A stretch of DNA of 64,000 bases, taken from NCBI GenBank assembly GCA_963725865.1, contig CAVSAC010000012.1, forward strand, positions 640,001 through 704,000, read 5' to 3'. The DNA is from Candidatus Eiseniibacteriota bacterium (GTDB lineage Bacteria; Eisenbacteria; RBG-16-71-46). A program made the translations under genes and the position numbers. Under the pieces are notes generated by a model. It was not told the DNA's origin. It saw only the letters and a list, made by a program, of their open reading frames with translations, and ran no database searches. Positions 24,824 to 34,228 of the stretch are shown here, piece by piece. How positions within the stretch are numbered: the stretch's first letter is position 1; each line of letters starts with the position of its first letter.

Positions 24824-25431
24824 GCAAGCCGGATCCGAAGCAGGATCATCTCCTCGATCACCAGTACGACGGGATCCAGGAGTACGACAATCCGATGCCC
24901 GCCTGGTGGGTGTGGATCTTCTGGGCCACGATCGTCTTCTCGGTGATCTACGCCGCGAACGTCATCCCCGGCGTCGGCAGCGGCAAGGGGAGGCTCGCGG
25001 CTTATCAGGCCGAGTTGGCGAAGTGGCAGTCGAAGCAGGCCACCGCCGAGGCCGCCGCGCCCCCGGTCGCCGTGCTGGACGACGCCGGCCTGTTCGCGCT
25101 GCGCAGCGACCCCGCGCGGGTCGCGGCCGGCCACCAGATGTTCGTCGAGAAGTGCACGCCCTGCCACCAGTCGGACGGAGGCGGCAACATCGGTCCCAAC
25201 CTGACCGACGACTACTGGATCCACGGCAACGCGCCGACCCAGATCTACACCACGATCGACAAGGGTGTGCTCGACAAGGGCATGATCAACTGGGGCGCGA
25301 CGCTCAAGCCGCAGGAGATGCAATCGCTGGTGGCGTTCGTGCTGACGCTGCACGGAACGAAGCCGGCGACCGCGAAGGAACCGCAGGGCGACAAGTTCGA
25401 GGAGTGGAAGCCGGGAGCGGCGTCCCAATAG
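24820..25431 (+). CDS. ccoP: cbb3-type oxidase subunit III CcoP (single haem c)
   Basis: Motifs DHQYDGIQEYDNPMPAWW, one CTPCH, and GPNLTDDYWIHG. Confidence 0.93.
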   Translation: MSKPDPKQDHLLDHQYDGIQEYDNPMPAWWVWIFWATIVFSVIYAANVIPGVGSGKGRLAAYQAELAKWQSKQATAEAAAPPVAVLDDAGLFALRSDPARVAAGHQMFVEKCTPCHQSDGGGNIGPNLTDDYWIHGNAPTQIYTTIDKGVLDKGMINWGATLKPQEMQSLVAFVLTLHGTKPATAKEPQGDKFEEWKPGAASQ

Positions 25432-25482
25432 GGCGTCGCGCGTCCGGCGGATCGTCACGGCCGAGAAGAGGCTCCCAACGAC

Positions 25483-26958
25483 GTGAGCACCGCACCCGGT
25501 CCGGCAGCGCCCGGACGTGTCCTGTCGACCCTGAACGAGGACGGATCGCGCCGTTGGATCCGTCCCCGGCTCGCCCCCGGGCGCTGGTGGCGCATGCGCC
25601 GCGCCGTGGCGTACGCGCTGGTGGCGGTGTTCATCGCGCTGCCGTACTTGCGCATCGGCGGCAAGCCCTCGATCCTGCTCGATCTGCCGCGCCGCGAGTT
25701 CACGTTTTTCGGCGCCACGTTCCTCGCCACCGACACGCTGCTGTTCATGCTGGGCTTCGTCAGCCTGATCATCCTGCTGTTCGCGTTCACCGCGCTGTTC
25801 GGCCGGGTGTGGTGCGGTTGGGCCTGCCCGCAGACGGTTTACATGGAGTTCCTGTTCCGCCCCATCGAGCAGTGGCTCGAGGGCGGTCGCATCGGCTCCA
25901 TGGACATGGACGAGCAGCGGCGATTGCACCCGCGCCGGCTGCTCAAGTACGCGATCTACGCGGTGCTCTCGATGGGGCTGGCGCACGTGTTCCTGGCCTA
26001 CTTCGTGGGCGTCGATCGGCTCGGCGAGTGGATCCACCGCTCGCCGATCGAGCATCCGACCTCGTTCGCGGTGATGGCGTTCACCAGCCTCGCGATGTTC
26101 CTGGACTTCGCGTGGTTCCGCGAGCAGACGTGCCTGGTCGCCTGCCCCTACGGCCGCCTGCAGTCGGTGCTGCTGGATCGCCGCTCGCTGATCGTCGGCT
26201 ACGATTTCGGCCGCGGCGAGCCGCGCATGCGAGGCAAGCAGGGACGGCCCGCCCACGCCGGGGACTGCATCGACTGCCATCTCTGCGTGATCGCGTGCCC
26301 GACCGGCATCGACATCCGCGAGGGGCTGCAGATGGAGTGCGTCCACTGCACGCAGTGCATGGACGCCTGCGACTCGGTGATGGCGAAGATCGGCAAGCCG
26401 CTGGGGCTGATCCGCTACTCCTCGCGCGACCAGCTCGAGGGCAGGCCCGCGCGCCTGCTGCGCCCGCGCGTGGTGCTGTACCCATTGGCGCTCGCGATCG
26501 CGATCGGCCTGCTGGCGTTCACGCTCGGCAACCGCAGCGATGCCGACGTCACCGTCCTGCGCTCGGGCGGCACGCCCTACACGCTCGGCCACGACGGTAG
26601 CGTGACCAACCTGATCCGCGTCAAGGTCGCCAATCGCGGCAGCCGCGCGCGCGACTTCCGCGTGGCGCTCGCGGGCGCCCCCGACCTCAAGCTGGTGATG
26701 CCGATCCCGACGCTCGCGGTGCCGCCCGGCAAGTCGGCGACCGCGGTGGTGTTCGTGGTGGCTCCGCGCGGCGCGATCGCGTCGGGCACCCGCGACATCG
26801 CGGTGCAGGTCACCGACGGCGCGCGCTTCGACCAGGTGTTCCCCTATCGGCTGATCGGGCCGGAGCCGGGGGATTCGCACGACGAGCACGAGCAGCGCGA
26901 CGAGCACGAGCCGCACGATCCGCCCGATCGATCCACGCCGGGGGGCGGACACCGATGA
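25483..26958 (+). CDS. ccoG: Cytochrome c oxidase accessory protein CcoG/FixG
   Basis: Motifs GRVWCGWACPQT, CPYGRLQS, DCIDCHLCVIACPTGIDIR and ECVHCTQCMDAC. Confidence 0.96.
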   Translation: MSTAPGPAAPGRVLSTLNEDGSRRWIRPRLAPGRWWRMRRAVAYALVAVFIALPYLRIGGKPSILLDLPRREFTFFGATFLATDTLLFMLGFVSLIILLFAFTALFGRVWCGWACPQTVYMEFLFRPIEQWLEGGRIGSMDMDEQRRLHPRRLLKYAIYAVLSMGLAHVFLAYFVGVDRLGEWIHRSPIEHPTSFAVMAFTSLAMFLDFAWFREQTCLVACPYGRLQSVLLDRRSLIVGYDFGRGEPRMRGKQGRPAHAGDCIDCHLCVIACPTGIDIREGLQMECVHCTQCMDACDSVMAKIGKPLGLIRYSSRDQLEGRPARLLRPRVVLYPLALAIAIGLLAFTLGNRSDADVTVLRSGGTPYTLGHDGSVTNLIRVKVANRGSRARDFRVALAGAPDLKLVMPIPTLAVPPGKSATAVVFVVAPRGAIASGTRDIAVQVTDGARFDQVFPYRLIGPEPGDSHDEHEQRDEHEPHDPPDRSTPGGGHR

Positions 26959-27443
26959 CTCCCGCGAAGCTGTGGCCGGCGGCGGTGATCGCGGTGCTGG
27001 CGCTGACCGTGGTCGCGAACGCGTTCCTGCTCTACGAGGCGCACGACCGGGACGCCGCGGTGGTGGAACCCGACTACTACCGCAAGGCGGTCGGCTTCGA
27101 CTCGACCCTGGCCGATCGGCGGCGCAGCGACGCGCTCGGCTGGCACGTCGCGGTCGAGCTGGGGACGCCGGACGCCGACGGGAACGCCGCGCTGCACGTG
27201 AGCCTCACCGACCGCGACGGGGCGCCGCTGGCGGGCGCCGAGGTCCGCGCCACCGCGATCCACAACCGGCTCGCCGCGCACGCGGTCACCGCCACGCTCG
27301 CGCCGGTGATGGGCGACGGCTACGCGACCCGGCTGCCGCTGCGGCTGCGTGGGCTCTGGCAGCTCGATCTCGCGATCCGCCGCGGCGCCGACCGGTTCGT
27401 GACGACGCTGCGTTGCGACACCGGCTCGCGGGCGGCGAGATGA
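26955..27443 (+). CDS. ccoH: FixH/CcoH family protein
   Basis: N-terminal TM, VEPDYYRKA motif, YtkA-like Ig tail, and position in the operon. Confidence 0.8.
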   Translation: MTPAKLWPAAVIAVLALTVVANAFLLYEAHDRDAAVVEPDYYRKAVGFDSTLADRRRSDALGWHVAVELGTPDADGNAALHVSLTDRDGAPLAGAEVRATAIHNRLAAHAVTATLAPVMGDGYATRLPLRLRGLWQLDLAIRRGADRFVTTLRCDTGSRAAR

Positions 27444-28351
27444 TCGCGCTGGTGGGGTCGGTCCTGGGCGCCAGCCTGCTGGGCAGTCCGCACTGCGCCG
27501 GCATGTGCGGCGGCTTCGTGGTGTTCTACGCGGGGCAGGAGAGTGGCTCGCGGCGCCCGTGGCCGCACCTGGCGTACAACGGTGGCCGCCTGCTCTCGTA
27601 CGTCGCGCTGGGTGCGGTCGCGGGCGCGCTCGGCGCGGGCGTGGATCGCATCGGCGCGGCGGCCGGTATCGGGCGCGCGGCCGCGATCCTCGCCGGCCTG
27701 CTCATGGTGACGTGGGGCGGGCTCACGCTGCTGCGCGCGCTCGGCGTGCGACTGCCCACCACGATCGCGCCGGCGGCACTCCATCGCGCGGTGGCGGGCG
27801 CGATGCGCGCGCTCCACGCGCGTCCGCCCGAGGTGCGCGCGCTGGCGCTCGGACTGCTCTCGACGCTGCTGCCGTGCGGCTGGCTCTACGCGTTCGCCAC
27901 CACCGCCGCGGCCACCGGCGCGGCGGCGACCGGCGCCCTGGTGATGGCCGCGTTCTGGCTCGGCACGCTGCCGGTCATGGCGGGATTCGGATTGCTCGCC
28001 CAGCGCGCGGTGGGCCCGTTGCGCCGGCGGCTGCCCGCGTTCACCGCGGCGGCGCTGGTGGTGGTCGGCCTGCTCACCATGGCGGGCCGCATCCCGACCA
28101 CGTTCGCCGCGCGCGAGCGCGCGCCGCGGCACGGCGCGCACGGCGCGCCCGCGAGTGCGAGCGCGATGGGCGCGGCCGCTGCACGAGGGGCCACCGGCAC
28201 AGCGAGTGATCGCGGTGCCGTCGGCTCAGCGGCCGCGGATTCCCTGGCATCCATCGCCGGCGGCACCGCCGATTGTTGCGCCGCGCCCGCGGCCCGCGCC
28301 GCCGCCGCGCTCGCGCCCGCGGAGTCCGCGGCCGCCGCGAGCCGGCGATGA
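27440..28351 (+). CDS. DsbD_2 / TauE-SafE-like cbb3 biogenesis membrane protein
   Basis: Motifs GSPHCAGMCGG, YNGGRLLSY, LLPCGWLY and FWLGTLP. ATG 27440 overlaps the upstream stop. Confidence 0.88.
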   Translation: MIALVGSVLGASLLGSPHCAGMCGGFVVFYAGQESGSRRPWPHLAYNGGRLLSYVALGAVAGALGAGVDRIGAAAGIGRAAAILAGLLMVTWGGLTLLRALGVRLPTTIAPAALHRAVAGAMRALHARPPEVRALALGLLSTLLPCGWLYAFATTAAATGAAATGALVMAAFWLGTLPVMAGFGLLAQRAVGPLRRRLPAFTAAALVVVGLLTMAGRIPTTFAARERAPRHGAHGAPASASAMGAAAARGATGTASDRGAVGSAAADSLASIAGGTADCCAAPAARAAAALAPAESAAAASRR

Positions 28352-30838
28352 GCGCGGCCGGCGCCACCGCGGTCGGCGCCGCCGCCCCGGTCGCCGAAGC
28401 CGTGGTCTGCACGCACTGCGGCCTCGAGGTGCCGAAGGGCCTGGTCGAGCGCGGAGCCGCGCGGCAGTTCTGCTGCGGCGGCTGCCGCACCGCGTTCGCG
28501 ATCATCCACGAGAGCGGGCTCGAGCGGTACTACGACATGGCCGAGCGGCGGCGGGTGCCGGTGCGCGCGAGCGACCGGACGTTCGAGGAGTTCGATCATC
28601 CCTCGTTCCACGAGCGCTACGTGCGGCAGCCGGGCCGACGGGCTGTGCGAGACCGACCTCTACCTCGAGGGCGTGCACTGCGGCTCGTGCGTGTGGCTGG
28701 TGGAGCGCGTGCCGCTCACGCTGCCCGGGATGGCGAGCGCCGAGCTCGACGTGCGCCGCTCGCTCGTGCGGGTGGCGTGGGACGACGGCGCGATCCGGCT
28801 GTCGTCGATCGCGCGCTTCCTCGACACGCTCGGCTACCGGCCGCATCCGTTCCGCGGCGTGAAGGCCGCCGCGATGCGCCGCACCGAGGACCGCGCGATG
28901 CTGCTGCGCATCGGCGTCGCCGGCGCGATCGCGGGCAACGTGATGACCCTGGCGCTCGCGATCTACAGTGGCTGGTTCGGGCACATCGAGCCGGAGTACG
29001 AGCGCTACTTCCGCTGGGTGAGCCTGATCCTGACCAGCGCCGCGATGTGGCCGGCGATGGTGTTCTTCCGCGGCGGGCTCGCGGCACTGCGCACGCGCAC
29101 GCTGCACATGGACCTGCCGATCGCGGTCGCGCTCGCGGCCGGGTTCACGCGCGGCGCGATCAACACCATCACCGACCACGGCCCGATCTACTTCGACGGC
29201 GTCACCACGCTCACGTTCCTGCTGCTGGTGGGCCGCTTCCTGCAGCAGCGCGCCCAGCGCGCTGCGACCGACTCGGCGGAACTGCTCTACGCGCTGTCGC
29301 CGTCGGCGGCGCGGGTGGTGAACGACGCGGGCGAGGTGAAGGAGGTGCCGACCGAGGCGCTGCTGCCCGGCATGACGCTCGACGTGCGGCCCGGCGACAC
29401 GCTGGCGGCGGACGGCACCGTGACCGATGGCGCCTCCGACCTCGACCTGTCGCTGCTCACCGGCGAGACGCGCCCGGCGCTCGCCGCCCCCGGCACCGCC
29501 GTGTGGGCCGGCACGCTCAATCGCACGGCGCCGCTGCGCGTGCGCGTCGAGCAGACCGGCGAGAGCAGCCGCATCGGCCGCATCCTGCGCGACGTCGAGG
29601 CCGGCGCGCTGCGGCGCGCGCCGGTGGTGCGCACCGCCGACTCGCTCGCCGGCGTGTTCGTGGGCGGGGTGCTGGCGCTGGCGGTGGTGACGTTCGCGGT
29701 GTGGATGACGCGCGCTCCCGGCCGCGCGCTCGACAACGCGATCGCGCTGCTGATCGTCACGTGTCCGTGCGCGCTGGCACTCGCCACCCCGCTCGCGGTG
29801 ACCGTCGCGATCGGCCGCGCCGCGCGCGCCGGCGTGCTGGTCAAGGGCGGCGACGCGCTGGAGGCGCTCGCGCGCCCGGGCCAGCTGGTGCTCGACAAGA
29901 CCGGCACCGTCACCGAGGGCCGCCTGACGCTGGCGGCGTGGGAGGGGCCCGACCACGTGCGGGCCTGGGTGCTGGCGCTCGAACGGCACTCGACGCATCC
30001 GCTCGCCGCTGGCTTCCGCGACGCGTGGCCCGGACTCGCGGCGCCCGAAGCGACCGAGGTGGCGAGCACTGCAGGCGGCGGCATCGAGGGCCGCGTGGGC
30101 GGTCGGCACGTGCTGATCGGCTCGCCCGCGTTCGTGCGCGAGCGTGCGAGCGGGGCCGAGGCGTTCGCGGCGCGTATCGACCCGGCGCCTGTGGCGAGCG
30201 CGGCGGGGGCTGTCGCGGTGCGCGCCGGCGCGGCGCTCACCCCGGTGCTGGTCGCGGTCGATGGCCGCGTGGTGGCGCGAGCGGCGTTCGATGATCCGAT
30301 CCGCGCCGACGCGGCGTCGGCGCTTGCCACCCTGCGTTCGCGGGGCTGGCGGCTGTCGCTGCTCTCGGGCGACGATCCGGCGGTGGTGGCGCGGGTGGGG
30401 GAGTCGCTGGGGTTCGCGCCTGCCGACAGCCGCGGCGGCGCCAGCCCCGAGGACAAGCTGCGCGCGATCGAGGCGTACGCGCAGCAGGGTCCGGTGGTGA
30501 TGGTGGGCGACGGCGTCAACGACGCCGCCGCGATCGCGCGCGCCACTGTCGGCGTGGGCGTGCGCGGCGGCGCCGAGGCGTGCCTGGCAGCGGCCGACGT
30601 GTTCCTGGCGCGGGAGGGACTGTCCTCGCTGGTCACGCTGATCGAGGGCGCCGCGCGCGTGATGGGGGTCATCCGCAGGGACATCGTGTTCTCGCTCGCC
30701 TACAATCTCGTCGGCGCGACGCTCGCGATCGCCGGCGTCATCGATCCGCTGATCGCCGCCATCCTGATGCCCGCTTCGTCCCTCACCGTGGTGCTCGCCA
30801 GCTGGCTCGGCCGCACCTTCGAGGCCCCGCGCGCATGA
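28348..30838 (+). CDS. ccoI: Copper-translocating P1B ATPase CcoI/FixI (one +1 frameshift near 28630)
   Basis: N-terminal CTHC..FCCGGC in one frame. The next frame continues ADGLCETDLYLEGVHCGSC, TGE, CPCAL, DKTGT, HPLA and GDGVND. An extra C in 'cagccgggcc' separates the two frames. Confidence 0.9.
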
Positions 30839-31032
30839 GCGTGCTGTTCATTGTGCTGCCGGTCGTGCTGGTGGTGGTGCTGGGGGCGGTGATCGCCTAC
30901 GCGTGGGCGGTCCGCCGCGGCCAGTTCGACGACCTCGACACGCCGCCGATCCGCATGCTGCATGACGATGACGGCGTGACCCGGAAGACCACCACGCCCG
31001 AGGAGGATGAGGCGCCACGGCCGGCTGGCTGA
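30835..31032 (+). CDS. ccoS: cbb3 oxidase maturation protein CcoS/FixS
   Basis: TM helix followed by WAVRRGQFDDLDTPPIRMLHDD. Confidence 0.93.
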   Translation: MSVLFIVLPVVLVVVLGAVIAYAWAVRRGQFDDLDTPPIRMLHDDDGVTRKTTTPEEDEAPRPAG

Positions 31033-31119
31033 GAGGCCGAGGCCGCTCCACGGGATCCGAACCGCGAGCCTGGCCGACCGCGCTCCGCCCTGTCACGATG
31101 CTGCGCTTGGAGGTGATGC

Positions 31120-31428
31120 ATGTCGACCGATCCGCAGGCCGGGCAGCCGGCCCGCACCCCGCGTCCCTGGGTTGCGACATTAGGATGGATCGCGGCCTGG
31201 GCGTGGGCGATCATCGCGGGCGGCGGCGGCCTGTGGTTGCTCTGGACGAGCGGACCCTGGCGGCTGACGAACGGCTGGTTCGCGCTGGGCTCGGGTCTCG
31301 CGGCCTGTCCGCTGACCGCGTGGCTCCTGAAGCGGTACGCGGGACTGGCGGTCTCCGGTCGCGTCCGGTTCGCCGTCACCCTGCTCATCTGGGTCGCCGG
31401 CAGAATCGCCCGGGCAGTGGGGCTCTGA
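31120..31428 (+). CDS. Small hypothetical membrane protein
   Basis: Strong RBS GGAGGT, 102 aa, about three hydrophobic Trp-rich segments. Confidence 0.6.
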   Translation: MSTDPQAGQPARTPRPWVATLGWIAAWAWAIIAGGGGLWLLWTSGPWRLTNGWFALGSGLAACPLTAWLLKRYAGLAVSGRVRFAVTLLIWVAGRIARAVGL

Positions 31429-31481
31429 TCCGCTCTCCGGCTATCGACGCGGCGACGCGGTGCCCCCGGGAGGAGCGACCG

Positions 31482-31577
31482 ATGATCGACGACGACTGGG
31501 TCGGGGAGTTCCCCGACGCCATCACGGTGTGCGACCCCGGAGTCTTCGTCCAGGCGATGAACGCGCGCGCCGGCTGA
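31482..31577 (+). pseudogene. Truncated 5' remnant of a small PAS-domain gene
   Basis: RBS GGGAGGAG, then MIDDDWVGEFPDAITVCDPG..MNARA. This resembles the first strands of a PAS fold (AITVCD..G.I..MN..A) but stops after 31 codons. Confidence 0.5.
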
Positions 31578-31650
31578 ACGCGCACGCGTCCTTGTCGCCC
31601 CCGTCCCCCTCGGCTATCGTGCGGCGGCTTTTTCCGACAGGAGGTCGTGC

Positions 31651-32923
31651 GTGCCGTGCACCGTGGTGGTCGGTGCCCAGTGGGGCGATGAGGGCAAGGG
31701 GAAGATCGTCGACGCGCTGAGTGCCGCGTCCGACGTGGTGGCGCGCTACCAGGGCGGGCCAAACGCCGGGCACAGCATCATCCACTGCGGCGCGACCGTG
31801 GTGCTTCACCTGGTGCCCTCGGGCGTGCTGCATCCGCGGGCGCCGCTGCCTGATCGGCAACGGAGTGGTGGTCGACGTGCAGACGCTGCGCGCCGAGGTG
31901 GAGCAGCTCGAGTCGCTCGGCCTCGACGTGCGCCCGCGCCTCGGCGTGAGCCCGGCCGCGCACGTGATCCTGCCGTATCACCGCGCGGCCGAGGCGGCGG
32001 CCGAGCAGGGCGCGGGCGCGATCGGCACCACCGGGCGCGGCATCGGCGGCGCCTATCGCGACAAGGCCGCGCGCACCGGCATCCGCATCGGCGACCTGGC
32101 CGACCGCGCGGCGTTCGTCGCGGCCGCCGAGCGCAATCGCGTGCGCTACGCGCGCGAGTTCCCGGAGGCCGCGGGGCTCGGCACGCTGAGCGGCGCGTCG
32201 ATCCATGCCGAGCTGGCGGAGACCATCGTGTGGCTGCAGCCGCTCGTCAGCGATGTCGCGAGCGAGCTGCACGCGGCGCTCAAGGCGGGCCGGCGCGTGC
32301 TGCTCGAGGGCGCGCAGGGCACGCTGCTCGACCTCGACCACGGCACCTATCCATTCGTGACTTCGTCGCCCGCGAGCGCCGCCGGGGCACCGCTCGGCGT
32401 CGGGCTGGGACCGCGCGCGGTCGACCGCGTGATCGGCGTGACCAAGGCGTACACCACGCGCGTCGGCAACGGGCCGTTCCCGACCGAGATGCCCGAGGCC
32501 GAGGCCGCACACCTGCGCGAGGCGGGCGAGGAGTACGGCGCCACTACGGGGCGCCCGCGCCGCTGCGGGTGGCTCGACCTGCCGGCGCTGCGCTACGCGG
32601 CGCGCATCAACTCGCTCGACGCGCTGGTGGTGACCAAGCTCGACGTGCTCGACGCGTTCGACGAGATCCGGGTGGCGACCGGCTACCAGCTCGACGGGCG
32701 CACGTTTGACGACTTCCACATGGGCGCCGCGACGCTCGAGCGCGTGAAGCCGGTGTGGCGCACGTTCCCGGGCTGGACGTGCTCGACCCGCGCGGCGCGT
32801 CACTGGGGCGACCTGCCGGAGCGCGCGCGCAGCTACCTCGAGTGGATCGAGCGCGAGGCCGGCGTGCCGATCGCGTCCGTCTCGGTGGGCGCCGAGCGCG
32901 AGGCCGAGGTGGCGCGGCAGTGA
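31651..32923 (+). CDS. purA: Adenylosuccinate synthetase (one +1 frameshift near 31837)
   Basis: Frame 1 has [21 protein letters not shown] and HLVPSG. Frame 2 has [33 protein letters not shown] and [12 protein letters not shown]. An extra C in 'catccgcgggcgc' separates them. Confidence 0.95.
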
Positions 32924-33208
32924 GCCGACTGGCGGCGGAGCCGGCCGCCTCCGAAATGAGACACCCATCACATCCTCAACGAGAGCGCGCGCGCAGCCGC
33001 TGGAATCGCTGCCGGACGCGAGTTGAGTCTTGACGGGACCCTGACGCGCTGCGAGGCTTACCGGCAGCCACCAAGATTGAATCGACTCAGTCTCTGGAGT
33101 TGCTGGTTGTCTGTCGTCGCGCTCCATCCCTCCATCACGTGTCCCCCCGAGGCCCGCCGGAAGGACTACGGAGTTGCATGAGCGTCCTGCTCAAACAAGG
33201 AGGACTGC

Positions 33209-33916
33209 ATGAGATTGCTACGCTCTGCGCTCACACTCTCCGTCGCCATCGCTCTCGCGCTGGTGACCATCGTGGCATCTGCGTCGCCGGCTGCCGCGGC
33301 TCCACGCGTGCCTCAGATCGCGCTCTGTGACGGCTCGCTGCAGAGCTATTTCAACGGTGTCGGGGAGTCCATCAGCGTTCTCACCGACCAGATCGACGCC
33401 GAGGTCTGGACCACTGGCGTGTCGGGCAATGCCGATTTCACCTACATGGTCGAGTTGGCCGGCTTCGCGGATCAGAACGCCATCGGCGTTTACAACACCG
33501 TCGAAGCGAGCCCAACGCTGTTCCAAGTGTTCCCTGGCGCGGCGGGGGCCGGTTGGTCTGCATACCTGCATTTCGGCGCGGGCAATCTGATCGTGACGCT
33601 GTTCAACAACGGCGTTCCTCAGGGCTCGACGACCCACTTCGGCGTGGACGCGCACAAGTTCGGCTTCTACCTCCAGGGTCCGGGTGGGACGTTTTATTCG
33701 CAGGATGCGCGCAACGGCAACCTGGCCCAGGTGTTGACCTACCTGGGTACGGGCGTCAACTCCGGGGACAAGTGGGTGTGCTTCGAGGACCTGCCGTATC
33801 AGTATCCGAACTGCCTCACCGACTTCGAGGACGCGGTTCTCCTGGTCCAGTCGGTGAATCCGGTGCCGGTGGATGGCAGGACGTGGGGACAGTTGAAGAT
33901 CCTGTACGGTCGCTGA
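33209..33916 (+). CDS. Secreted DUF4114-like protein with C-terminal TWGQLKILY motif
   Basis: RBS AAGGAGG, signal peptide, motifs ELAGFADQNAIGVY, FGFYL, FYSQ and CFEDL...DFEDAVLLV, then C-terminus PVPVDGRTWGQLKILYGR. Confidence 0.75.
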   Translation: MRLLRSALTLSVAIALALVTIVASASPAAAAPRVPQIALCDGSLQSYFNGVGESISVLTDQIDAEVWTTGVSGNADFTYMVELAGFADQNAIGVYNTVEASPTLFQVFPGAAGAGWSAYLHFGAGNLIVTLFNNGVPQGSTTHFGVDAHKFGFYLQGPGGTFYSQDARNGNLAQVLTYLGTGVNSGDKWVCFEDLPYQYPNCLTDFEDAVLLVQSVNPVPVDGRTWGQLKILYGR

Positions 33917-34000
33917 CGCGTGAAGGGGCCGATGCCATCCCGCAGCGGGATGGTCGCGGGCCGCGGCATAGCGGGTGACTCTTCGCCCGAGCTGGAAGAT

Positions 34001-34034
34001 GAAGCCCCTGCGTGCAGTCGCACGCAGGGGCTTC
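34001..34034. terminator. Perfect 15-bp hairpin downstream of 33209-33916 (possible terminator)
   Basis: GAAGCCCCTGCGTGC-AGTC-GCACGCAGGGGCTTC, without a canonical U-tract. Confidence 0.5.
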
Positions 34035-34120
34035 GGTCACCATTCACACTTCGCGGCGGCTTCCCGTCGGCACGCGTGTCCGAATCCCCACGGAGATGAT
34101 CACGCGATCGGCGTTGTGGA

Positions 34121-34149
34121 TTGAGCCCGTCCCCACGGCCACTTAGAAT
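34121..34149 (+). promoter_or_regulatory. Candidate sigma70 promoter
   Basis: TTGAGC-N17-TAGAAT about 80 bp upstream of ATG 34229. Confidence 0.6.
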
Positions 34150-34228
34150 CAAGGGGTTCGTCACGGTCCCGGCGCGCGCTCGGACCCAACTCCCGGGCAC
34201 CATCCCGGCGCACCACGGCGAGGACCGC

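Noticed and set aside
28625..28640. ccoI frameshift as regulatory recoding
   Set aside because: It is one extra C in a GC run within an otherwise intact operon, with no recoding signal. Most likely a sequencing error.
31830..31845. purA frameshift as a real pseudogene or programmed frameshift
   Set aside because: It is a single extra base with no slippery heptamer, and all catalytic motifs are intact on both sides. Similar isolated indels elsewhere in the window point to consensus error. Reads are needed to confirm.
33030..33058. Promoter for 33209 (TTGACG-N17-GAGGCT)
   Set aside because: The -35 is good but the -10 is poor, so it is not supportable without TSS data.
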